A DNA stretch of 64,000 nucleotides, taken from positions 310,001 through 374,000 of the forward strand of contig NIVC01000684.1 of NCBI GenBank assembly GCA_002269645.1. The letters run 5' to 3'. Of the stretch, positions 47,088 to 58,412 are shown piece by piece. Every line of letters starts with the position of its first letter. The first letter of the stretch is position 1. The notes under the pieces were generated by a model, which ran no database searches, was not told where the DNA came from, and saw only the letters and a program-made list of their open reading frames with translations. A program made the translations under genes and the position numbers. This DNA comes from Macrostomum lignano. Taxonomy: Eukaryota.

Positions 47088-47398
47088 CATATATACATAA
47101 CAGTTGGCTGAGTTGGCCAATCTTGCTAGGCCCTAACCAATTTGGCAGCCAATGAAGGTAAGTTGCAAAAATTTCCACCCAAATAAATACCAAAGCAGTA
47201 CTATTACTAAGTAGATGATGAGGCATTTTGCCTTAATAAGATAGTCAGTTACTCCTGCCATTTACCTAAAGTTGCGTTAATTTTGCTTTAGGGTTTCTTT
47301 TACATGTAAGTCACATTTTTGGCCAAAAACTGTCACCTTTTTGTTAAAACTAAGTTGCATGGCCAACTAAATTTTGGAGGTTGGCAGTTGTGCATATG
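47088..47398. mobile_element. About 295-bp MITE family, diverged copy 3 (a partial minus-strand copy 4 lies near 50755-50900)
   Basis: Shares AAGTTGCGTTAATTTTGC, TGTAAGTCACATTTTTGGCCAAAAAC and AATTTTGGAGGTTG with copies 1 and 2. Confidence 0.75.
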
Positions 47399-47479
47399 TT
47401 AGGAGTCCGTAGCAATCAAAATTATGCATAGGGCCTATATATATATACAGATAGAGTTTTCATTTTCATAGATAAAGAG

Positions 47480-50400
47480 GGTGCCAGTCAATTCGTCTGC
47501 TGCAAGTTTGTCTGCTGCGCAGACAAATTGGCAAAAAAATTTGTTTGCTAGCCAATAAGATTAGAAAAATAGCAGTAGGGAAAAAGTGATAGAAACTTGT
47601 TTTAATGTTCTTGTAACAAATGATTTTATCATTTGTATATAGTATGCAAGCTGTTAAAGCTATGGAATTCTAATCCCTGGAATTATTTTTGCATGTATTC
47701 AAAATCAGAGGTCAATCAATACACCCATTCCAATCCATTGTAAACAATCAATTGTTTCAATTATAAATCTCACTTACCAGTTTTAGCATGTTTATAACAC
47801 TGAGTCTAACTCATACAAAACCTTATTGTTCTTCACGTTAGTTTTTTTTGCTTAACTGTTTCAAATTTAGCTTTTATAGAAGTGAACAATATGAGATCAC
47901 AAACTTATTATGCAACATACATATAATTTAAGAGCATGCTGCAATTGTAGTATATTTAGCCAAAATTGTCATGTGAAAGACAAAGCTTTCCACTGCAATA
48001 TAAATAAATGAAATGCCTTAACCTATAGGCTAGGTGATAAATCAAACACAATGCAGATACATGTACATGTACACACACTTGTTTTCATTACTTTTTTATT
48101 TTGTTCAAGATAAAAAAATGGGAATCCCAAAAAAGTTAGAATGGGATTAAAGCTGATAAAAGCAAAAGTGAATGAGTGAATGAATGAAATAAGTAAATGA
48201 ATGCATGAGCTAGGGAGTGGTTAGAGAATACCGAGGTGTTTGCAAAGTGTTTAGCAAATTCAAGAAAATCACGCAGTAAACAATTTGGTGAACTTGGCTG
48301 TAAGCTGGGTGCAAATAGTCAGAAGGCGCAGGACATCAGCTTTTTCGCAAGTGCTGCTCTTGAACTCATGCCAGGCAGATTGAAGCTTCTCCTCTTGTTG
48401 CCTGTAAACTGGCATCACTTGCCATGTGACACCAACTGAAGCTTGCAGCTGTTGAGCTTGCAGGATTGCCAATGTTGATTGCTGCGCCAGAAGGTCTACC
48501 AAAGCATACAAATTCAGGTTGCCTTTCCTGGCTCATCAATTAAGGGCCAGGTGCTAGCCCTCAACTGAATTGTTTGTGTACTCCCTCTGTCTATAGGCAT
48601 AGTTTGTCCAGACTCTAGATACTGCTTGACAGCTGTCTGCTCTACATAGTGACATAGCCGCACTAATGCCTTGGAGTTTGCTGAATCCACCAGAGTTCCA
48701 AATGCAGTATAGATATATGGCGCTGGCAGGTAGATAAGAGCCATCAGCTTCTTGCAAAAAAGTTGTGTCTCCTTATCGGTTGTGTAAGTCGCAGAAAGGC
48801 CAAGGTCTTGGATTTTTCTAAAAATGCTCTGTGTGAAGTGTAATGAACATCCTTACAGCTAAGCGTTAAGGCAGGTTTGATGCAAAGCCTCCCACATAGC
48901 TGCTTCAAAGTCGAGCACAGCTGCCGTAGGTCAAGCTTCTGTCAGCTCAATCAGCCACTTAAGTATGTGAACATAGTTGTGCTTTGATTTTCCAGACATA
49001 AGGATAAAGCACAGAGGTACTTGCTTTTCCTTTCTGTCTTGATGAATAAGGCCGTCAACTAAAAATATATAGGATTGGATTATTATTTTAGCTTCTGAGC
49101 AGAAATTTAAAAAAATTAAAGCAAATTTAATAGCAGTTCACTGAATAGAGCTGCATAACACTAACACAGCAGTTCACTTGCATAGTAGTCAGAATTGCCA
49201 GTTGCTCATCAGTGGCAAACAACAAATGGTGCTTATGGGTTCTAGCCATGGTGATGTCCACTTTGAGAAAGTTGGATGGAAGGGCTAGCTCTTGAAGTTC
49301 GAATTGAAGATCATATGGATGAGGAGGCTGACTTCCTGCACGATATCAGTTAGCATTTCTTGCCAGCTGCTCCACTGCTTGAAGATTAGTGCCCTGCTTA
49401 TCTCGCAGTGCCTGTGCTATTAGGGCACTTTCAGTAATCTCTGCTGCTGATTTGAATTGGCATCACTTTGCTTTGTGCTTCACTTCCTATTGAATTTCTC
49501 TTTTAAGGTTGCCAGCCATGTTTTGCTTGCAGATATGCTGCTGGCTTACATGAAAAGCACCATCAATCGTCTCTAACGGAGCTGTTACAAGTCAAAGCAC
49601 CATTTTGAATGACGCATTTCCAGTATTTATACCCAGCTTTACCTCCATTTTTTCCCATAATATAACCATGAGAAGATATAAGCAAATTGCCGCCATGTTT
49701 GCTTATGCCCTTCTTTAGCTGAAACTGCTCTGGCTCCACTTGCAAGGGCATTACTTGAGCAGGAAGAGCTGCTAGTGGCTTGGCAAAAGCTGCTGGTAGA
49801 TCGGCAGGAGTTGCTGGTGGCTTGGTGAAAGCTGCTGGTGGGTTGGCAAAAGCTGCTGGCAGCTCGGTGAAAGCTGCTGGTTGAGCAGCAAAAGCTGGCA
49901 AATCAGCAAAAGCTGCTGGCAGATTGGCAAAAGCTGCTAGCAGATTGGCGATCATTGCTGGCGGATCGGTGGAAGCAAGATCAGAAAATTGGCTTATGCC
50001 AACCTTGCCAGCACCATTGAGCATCTGCGTCTATGTGTGTGAAAAATATTTGTTTTGGCTTTGTGCAACAAGATTGCCATCAAGCTTAATAAACTTTGCA
50101 GCATGCCAAAAATGTCAGGAATTACATGTACTGTAGCATAGCATGTAAACTGTAATTAAATATAATGGAATCCTTTATACTCCATGCAGTAAATGTTATC
50201 AGTTTCTTACCTCATTTTTTCCAGTGCACTTTGAGCATTGCCAATTAAAGGAATATGAAAAGCATGGTATTCCTTTTGGCTCAAACTAGTACCACAAAGA
50301 CGGTGCTGCCATAGCTCACAAGAATCGCACTGTAAGGCATGTTGTCAATAACTCACTTCTTTCTGGCATTCAATGCACATGTCAGTCATATTTCAGTAGT

Positions 50401-50679
50401 GCACACACTAATGCATGTGCTTTTGTTATAATTATTAAAATGAATGCTTTTAACTCATAGAATATTTAACTTGCTCCAAGATCATCTTATTGAAACAATG
50501 GCTTTATTATTATTAAAATTTACACAAAGCTTTTAGCTGCGGTGGATGCCATGTAATGAAGAAGTGGTAGGAGCAGGCCTAATTTCATTGGTTGTCACAG
50601 CAGATGAGTAGTCAAAAGGTTACAAACCAATTTGTCTGCTGAGCAGATGAATTGGCGGCAGACAAATCAACTGGAAACC
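47480..50679 (-). mobile_element. Decayed Mutator-like (MULE) transposon, about 3.2 kb, with FLYWCH-like and DDE transposase remnants
   Basis: About 53-bp imperfect TIRs ending GCAGACAAATTGG; minus-strand peptides KHGGNLLISSHGYIMGK..YKYWKC (FLYWCH-like), HLLFATDEQL, VPLCFILMSGKSKHNY, VLDFEAAMW, GCSLHFTQSIFRKIQDLGL (CxxH), YTNNSVEG; in-frame stops and frameshifts. Confidence 0.85.
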
Positions 50680-51112
50680 AATAGAGATTATAAGCTTAAT
50701 TTTTCTTTGAATCTAATGCAATTTGTGGATAAATCAATGGCATGAATAACAACTATGACTGTCTTATTAAGGCTAAATATTTTGCCATGATGCTATCTAA
50801 TTAGTACTGCATCTTTATTTTTGGTAGGCATTTCTGCAACTTACCTTGGCTAGGCATCTGCTAGCTGGCTAGGTTGGCTGGGTATATGCATATATATGTG
50901 CACCAATTGCTTATATATTATAAATGAGATATTTAATGATAAGTTAGTAAGTCTAAGATGTTAACTAGTATAAAAAAGCAAAAAAAAATTATAATGATAT
51001 ATTTAGAAATCAAGGTATTAAACAGCTTTTGCTTTATAGCTCGTATATAAGAATTTAAAGTGACAACAAATTTCTAACAAGTTATTTAGCTAACAGACCA
51101 AATTAGTAATAA

Positions 51113-51920
51113 CTAGCGCATTATGCCCCCCATAGGGGCATTAAACTTCATAATTCAGACATTGAAATTATGAAAAATTGTTTTTTTAATATTTGACACA
51201 CTTCCAAATCAATTTTTTATTGTTAAAAATTTTATACATACTCAGCAACATTGAAAAGTCACCATTCTATGCTCTATGTGAGTAACTTCTCTTGGACTAT
51301 TCTGAAATAAAAGATACAAGAAAACTGATTGCGTAGCTTTAATCCATCCTAAGAATTGACCTACTAAGAATTGGTAGAAATTTTATATACCAATTTTCCA
51401 AATGAATTTGAATCAGTTATGCCTATTAGCTATTGCCCCCCCATCTGAAACTGCACCACCCAGTGTTGTATTCATAAAAGAAGACAAATAAGATCAGAGC
51501 AGTTTAGGGGGTTGATAAATTTTAGGCCAGCTTTTTAATCCCCCCATGCATCACTCTTTCATCAATAATAATAAAATTCAACCAACCCTACAAATTACGA
51601 GCCCACTATGCAAAGGGTCATAAAACTCCTCTAGCTTAATTGTGGTGAATGTACATCCAGCACTGTACATTGGCCAAGGAGATGCCTAAATGGTTGAACT
51701 GAGCAATTAAGTTTAGAAACAGAGTGACCCATTGAAAGCATTAAAGAATAATTTTTCAAATATTTGACCCACTTCCCATTCAATTTTTTCATCAAAAAAG
51801 TTATGCATAATCCCCAAAAAATTAGAGTTTTTTAAAGCAAATTTGAAAAAAATCAGCTAGATGGTTCTTGAAAAAATCAATGACAAACAGACAGACAAAC
51901 AGTGCAAAATTAGTATATAG
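51113..51920 (-). mobile_element. Probable non-autonomous Helitron/Helentron-associated element
   Basis: Minus-strand 3' end has a GC-rich hairpin (TGCCCCTATGGGGGGCA) followed a few nt later by CTAG-TT; the other end carries a short CTGTTTGTCTGTCTGT motif. The 5' boundary is approximate. Confidence 0.5.
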
Positions 51921-52649
51921 AATTTAGTACATTTAGTATATTTTAGTATATATATATACATGTTTTGCAATATATTCAGTATGGTAAGTCAATATGGTAT
52001 AACAGTAATCAATTGCAATGCAGCAAAAACATTTTATCATTCTTTAACTATAATGCAGTGTTACTTTTTTTAAAGGCCTGCTTGCATGACAGCTATTCGT
52101 GTAAGCTCAGAATTGCATGCATAGCATATAGTGTTCTACTGTGGCACCTCTATACTAAACCCCAGGCAAACTTTTGGTTTTGGTGAAATCAAGTTCTTGA
52201 CCAAACTTTGGGGGTTCAAGCTAAGTATTTGAGTCAAGTTTTGTCAAGTAGTCAAGTAGAATAAAAATTTAGTAGTTAGTGAATTTCAAACCTCAACTTT
52301 GTTCCATTGTTTTATATTTCTGTACTAAACTTCTTAACTTTATATAGTTTCTTTTGTATTTCATATTTTTGCATTGAAACGATATTTTGTCATTTAACTT
52401 GATAGTACATGTCAAACAATGCTATATGCTACCAAAGAATTTTTAAAAGAACAAATACTTCTTTTGACACATCAATTACTTAAGGTACAGTTTTATTTCC
52501 TTTCAAACAGGTTTATTTTTAGCATTTTATTGGATTTATAGAAAATAATTTTTTATAATTTTTTAAGTCTAAATTTAATTTTCATAATATAAACTTTTTG
52601 ATCCAGCTACTACTGAAGACAGCATCTAACTAGTAGTCAGGTAAGCACG

Positions 52650-55600
52650 ATGGCAAAGTCTCTATCTGGCGCCAGTTCTGGCAGCCTGTTCTCATCGTGC
52701 ACTCTTTACCTGGCTAATCTGCCAGCTCAGGCCACTGCAACAGACATTGCCAGGGTGTTTGAACCCATAACTGGTCGCCTAGTTGATTGCCAGCTTGGTC
52801 AAAGCGGCACTGGTTTGCTGGTCTGTCAGAGGCCTGATCTTGCTGAACGAGCTTACGATACCGAGTTGGCCGTGTTTGGTCGGCCTATTATTATTAGATT
52901 GCAGCCAGCTCAGATTAGAACTAATCAATCTGCTTATAATACTGTAAGTAGTAGCAATAGACATCGAAATAATCAGCATCAGAATCAGTCGCGGCGTCAG
53001 CAGCAGCAGCAAAGAAGTCGCCAGAGATGGTCGCAGAATCAACGATGTAGGAATGGTGAGACAAAAACAAACTTGAAATGTTTCATGCAGTAAAAGCATT
53101 TCCCCTGATATCAAGTATTCCTTTCTCGAGCCTTGACCTCTCAGCATCTCCCTTTCTTGAGCCTTGACATCTCAGCATCTCCTTTCTCGAGCCTTGACGT
53201 CTCAGCATCTCCCTTCTTGAGCCTTGACATCTCAGCATCTCCCTTCTTGAGCCTTGGTATCTCAGCATCTCCCTTCTTGAGCCTTGGTATCTCAGCATCT
53301 CCCTTCTTGAGCCTTGACATCTCAGCATCTCCCTTCTTGAGCCTTGACGTCTCAGCATCTCCCTTCTTGAGCCTTGACATCTCAGCATCTCCCTTCTTGA
53401 GCCTTGACGTCTCAGCATCTCCCTTCTTGAGCCTTGACATCTCAGCATCTCCCTTCTTGAGCCTTGGTATCTCAGCATCTCCCTTCTTGAGCCTTGGTAT
53501 CTCAGCATCTCCCTTCTTGAGCCTTGGTATCTCAGCATCTCCCTTCTTGAGCCTTGACATCTCAGCATCTCCCTTCTTGAGCCTTGACGTCTCAGCATCT
53601 CCCTTCTTGAGCCTTGGTATCTCAGCATCTCCCTTCTTGAGCCTTGGTATCTCAGCATCTCCCTTCTTGAGCCTTGGTATCTCAGCATCTCCCTTCTTGA
53701 GCCTTGACATCTCAGCATCTCCCTTCTTGAGCCTTGATATCTCAGCATCTCCTTTCTCAAGCCTTGACATCTCAGCATGTCTCTTTCAGCCTTAGCATAA
53801 TGAAGATTAATAAACCTTGAATATGGTGTAGAATCCCATAATTTTTCCAATGTTTCATTCAAATTGTCAGGTACAAGCGCAAAGTCTGATTCAAATACTA
53901 CTACAACAGACGAGAGTCGCCTCTGTAGCCAAGCAAACAGAGCATTAAATCTTAATCAGAAATCAACTAGCAACAGCTCCGATACAGTAGAATCTAGCCT
54001 GCGCTGTTCTAGGCAAGCCTTGGAACTGGCTATACGCGAGAGAAACACCGCTAAGCTAGAAGCCGTAGCTGCAAAATGGCCAGGCGGTACTGCTGCATTT
54101 GCCGAATTCTGTTCAGTGAATTCTGGTGCCGGATACAGATCGGCACCGGGTTCTTGCCTCTGGTGCATGATTTAGTGTCCGAGGCTAGAAAGCCAAAGGA
54201 ATTGCTGCTACAGCTGATTGAGTGCTGCAGAGTCGGACTGGACGAGAAGCAGGTGAGTTACCATGTATGCTAAATTGGTTCTTCACTGATGTACCTTACT
54301 GGGGTTAGTGTGATTCACCGATGTAAATGTACGGGATTTGTGATTCACTGATGTACCTACTTGGGATTAGTGTGATTCACTGATGTACCTACATTTGATT
54401 GGTGTGATTCACTAATGTACCTACATGGGGTTAGTGTGATTCACTAATGTACCTACATGGGATTAGTGTGATTCACTGATGTACCTACATGGGGTTAGTG
54501 TGATTCACTAATGTACCTACATGGGATTAGTGTGATTCACTAATGTACCTACTTGGGATTAGTGTGATTCACTGATGTACATGCGTGGGATTAGTGTGAT
54601 TCACTAATGTACCTACATGGGATTAGTGTGATTCACTGATGTACCTACATGGGGTTAGTGTGATTCACTAATGTACCTTACTGGGGTTAGTGTGATTCAC
54701 TAATGTACCTACGTGGGATTAGTGTGATTCATTGATGTACCTACATGGGGTTAGTGCGATTCACTAATGTACCTACATGGGATTAGTGTGATTCACTGAT
54801 GTACCTACATGGGGTTAGTGTGATTCACTAATGTACCTACATGGGATTAGTGTGATTCACTAATGTACCTACATGGGATTAGTGTGATTCACTGATGTAC
54901 CTACATGGGATTAGTGTGATTCACTGATTTACATGCGTGGGATTAGTGTGATTCACTGATGTACCTACAAGGAATTAGTTTGATTCACTAGTTCATTAGT
55001 TATTAATAAACTAACCAGGCCGCAGACACAGTGAATCGCTTAGTGAACAGTCGTGATCAGTACGGCTTCACGCCGCTTCACCGAGCCGTTCGCAGCGGTT
55101 CAGACGAGGCCGCCGAAATTCTATTAGCTAACGGAGCCGATGCCACCGCTGTGACTGACAGAGATCGTAGGACAGCATTGCACATTCACCTGTGGCTGGG
55201 TTGCGGCCCATTGGCTTATAGACTATTACACTCTGGCGCTGATCCTGACGCGTGCGATGCTGACAACTGGACACCGCTGCATTGGTGCGCTAAGAATGCT
55301 CACCTGGATTTTGCAAAGCATCTGATTTGCAAGCGGGGTGTACGACTGTTTCGGTGAGTTGTGAGTCTTTTCATTTAGAATGTTACAGGCATGAAATTTA
55401 GGGTTTAGAAGTCTAAGTCTGAAGGTTTAGGTTTAAGGGGTCATTGAAGCTGAAAATTTAGGTTTATGGGGTCATTGAAGCTGAAAATTTAGGTTTATGG
55501 GGTCATTAATGCTGAAAATTTAGGTTTATGGGGTCATTAATGCTGAAAATTTAGGTTTATGGGGTCATTAAAGCTGAAAATTTAGGTTTATGGTGTCATT

Positions 55601-56395
55601 AAAGCTGAAAATTTAGGTGTATGGGGTCATTAAAGCTGAAAATTTAGGTTTATGGGGTCATGCAAGCTGAAAATTTAGGTTTATAAGGTCATTTAAGGTA
55701 TATAAATGTTTTCACATTTATTAGAAGAAAATTTGAAGACAATTGTTTAAAATCCTATGAAATTTAAGTTTTCAACCAGGTAATTCTTAGAAAAAAACAT
55801 TTATAACATTTCAAGTTCCCAGGGCTGCACACTGAGCCCGCTGAAGCTCTGTCTGCAACAGATCAACCAGTGTGTGAACGGTCCGATAGCTCGAACTCAA
55901 CAGCAGCAACAACCGCAGCAGCAGCAAGAAGATGTTCTCCAGTCTCTGTTCGCCATCGCCCGCCTGCTGCTTCGACACGGTGCCGTTCTGCCAGCGCAGT
56001 CGTTCCTAGCTGACTGGCTTGTGGCCACCAGCAGCGACAATGTCCGTTGGTCGCCTCAAAATTCGACTGCTCAGCGCTATACTCAACTGGTTCACCTGCT
56101 AGCTGCTGAAGGTGCCGACTATGTTATTCTTGAGGACGTTGACTCTGATGCCGTTGTCGAACCTGCCGACGATGTCGGCGTCAGAACGCCAAGATCGCTT
56201 GTCCAACTGTGCCGACTCAGCATTCGATCCCGGCTTCGACTTCTAAGCGGCGGTCGTAGCATTCTGAGTCGATTGAATCGGCTCCCGTTGCCACCCAGAT
56301 TGTTGCGGCTTGTAGATTTGCCAGATCTGGCTGTTGGGGATGGCGGAGAAAATGGAGATTTCACCTGTGCTGTAAATGTGCAGTATCGGGAGTGA
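52650..56395 (+). CDS. RRM + ankyrin-repeat + SOCS-box locus (ASB-like), with a frame discontinuity near 54065-54175
   Basis: Exon 52650-53055 (RRM: TLYLANLP..IARVFE..GTGLLVC..RPIIIRLQP, then Q/N/R-rich); phase-1 splice to 53871; frame change near 54116-54138; exon end 54252; ankyrin exon 55019-55353 (GFTPLHRA, RRTALHIH, NWTPLHWC); last exon about 55816-56395 with SOCS box PRSLVQLCRLSIRSRL..LPLPPRLLRLV. The last acceptor is uncertain (55816 or 55823). Confidence 0.75.
53130..53790. repeat. 30-bp minisatellite in the intron after the RRM exon
   Basis: Unit GAGCCTTG(AC/GT)ATCTCAGCATCTCCCTTCTT, about 22 copies. Confidence 0.97.
54280..54990. repeat. 32-bp intronic minisatellite
   Basis: Unit GATTCACTGATGTACCTACATGGGGTTAGTGT. 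Confidence 0.95.
55430..55690. repeat. 30-bp intronic minisatellite
   Basis: Unit AAGCTGAAAATTTAGGTTTATGGGGTCATT. Confidence 0.95.
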
Positions 56396-56429
56396 CTTTC
56401 TCAACTTGAAAATGTTGCTTTAGGAGTGA

Positions 56430-56940
56430 AAATCTAGAGTGACTTTCAGGAGTGATATCTAGAGTGACTTTCAGGTGTGACATCTAGAGTGAATTTCATG
56501 AGTGACTTCTAGAGTGACTTTCTGTAGTGACATCTAGAGTGACTTTCTGGAGTGACTTTCATGAGTGACATCTAGAGTGACTTTCAGGTGTGACATCTAG
56601 AGTGACTTTCATGAGTGACATCTAGAGTGACTTTCAGGTGTGACATCTAGAGTGACTTTCATGAGTGACATCTAGAGTGACTTTCAGGTGTGACATCTAG
56701 AGTGACTTTCATGAGTGACATCTAGAGTGACTTTTAGGAGTGACATCTAGACATCTAGAGTAACTTACATGAGTGACATCTAGAGTGACTTTCTGTAGTG
56801 AAATCTAGAGTGACTTTCTGTAGTGAAATCTAGAGTGACTTTCATGAGTAACTTCTAGAGTGACTTTCTGTAGTGAAATCTAGAGTGACTTTCAGGAGTG
56901 ACTCATGAGTGACTCGAGTGATTTACTAGTGTGACTTAGC
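56430..56940. repeat. 25-bp tandem repeat just after the SOCS-box stop codon
   Basis: Unit TCTAGAGTGACTTTCAGGAGTGACA. Confidence 0.93.
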
Positions 56941-57394
56941 AGTGCTTTTCTGCACTGAAGTGGGACTTAAGAGTAACTTATACATGTCCTATACTCAATT
57001 TTATTGTTAAGTTATTAGTACATAATGTTTAATTGTGCCTAAAAACACAAGTTCATTTGTTATAAAAGAATATTTATGCATTTTTGCTTGGTTTTTTGCT
57101 TCTGTAAATATGTTAGCGCTTGGTCAAGTTCAATAATCGCTATTAAAAGATGTGTGTAGATTTTTTGGTTTTGCTTTTAAATGTTTCACATTAATTTACA
57201 ATAAAACATAATTTGAATTGAAAATTTGTTTAAGCAAAAGTGCTTTTATTTACGCAATTTATTTAAAGGGATGTGTTATTTTTAATATTTTGCTTTTAAA
57301 GCGAATATTCTAGCTGAACTACTTACAGTAAACCCCGAAAAATTTCAGTCGTATTGATTGCTCTACTTCTAACGAAAAACGAAAACAACATAAA

Positions 57395-58371
57395 ATGTCG
57401 TCATCAACAACTATTAGTAAAGACAGTGCTGCAGCTGCTTGCAATAATAATTCTTCTTCTTTAACGTCTGGAATTTCCGCTTCTATTGCCCCGGTGGTTT
57501 TTTCTGTTCCCGATTCTTGCGACGAAACGTCGTCGTCGTCGTCAAAAGTGACATCAGCACCGACAACAAATGAGCCGCCAACTGCCGTCCGACGTCAGAC
57601 AAGTCTTGGCGATTATTTTCCAGCTGAGTTGGCTGTTCGGTCTTCTATTAGTTCACAGCAGCAGCAGCAACATGGCAAACGTAGACAGCAGCAGCAGCAG
57701 CCGCCTCGTCACCGAGTTACTCGTCCAGCGTCGTCTGCTGCCGTCGCCGTAGCCAACGACGATAGCGGCTATGGCGATGTTGGCGATATTGAAGAGAGAA
57801 AGTTGCGGGATTGTTTAGCCTTAGCGTTCACTTCTTCGCCGCGCCAGCAGCAGCAGCAGCAGCAACAACAACAGCCGCATAGCGTAGCGTCAGCCTCAAC
57901 ATCCGTAGCGCCTCAACTGTTTAACGATCCTTTCGGCTTGGCTAAATTAGCAGATCAAGTTGATAAAGATGTCGGCGTTGTTAATGCTAACGGCGGTCCG
58001 CTGAACCAGTCGTCATCGACAAATTCTTCGAGGTCGTCTTCGTCACCATCGACATCGGTGTCGATTGGCAGAACGTCGTTAAGCGACGAAGACGAACAAC
58101 CGGTCGATGATGGCAATTCTCAGCGTCTTGGTGCCGATCTTGCAGCCGGAGCCGCTGTCTACAGTGTCGGCGGCGTCGGTTTGTCGACGTTCGGTGTCGG
58201 TGAATCAACTGAAGATGACGATCGTCTGTTTCTTGCAGCCGGTGCCAATTCGCTGTTTGGGTCTTCAATGTTTGTGAGTTGAGCAGTGAGAATAGCGGGT
58301 CTCTGGCTTCTTTAGCGACTCTCGGTGTCTGTCTGTTTATCTGTCTGTCTGTCTGTATGTCTGTTTATCTG

Positions 58372-58412
<41 letters not shown>

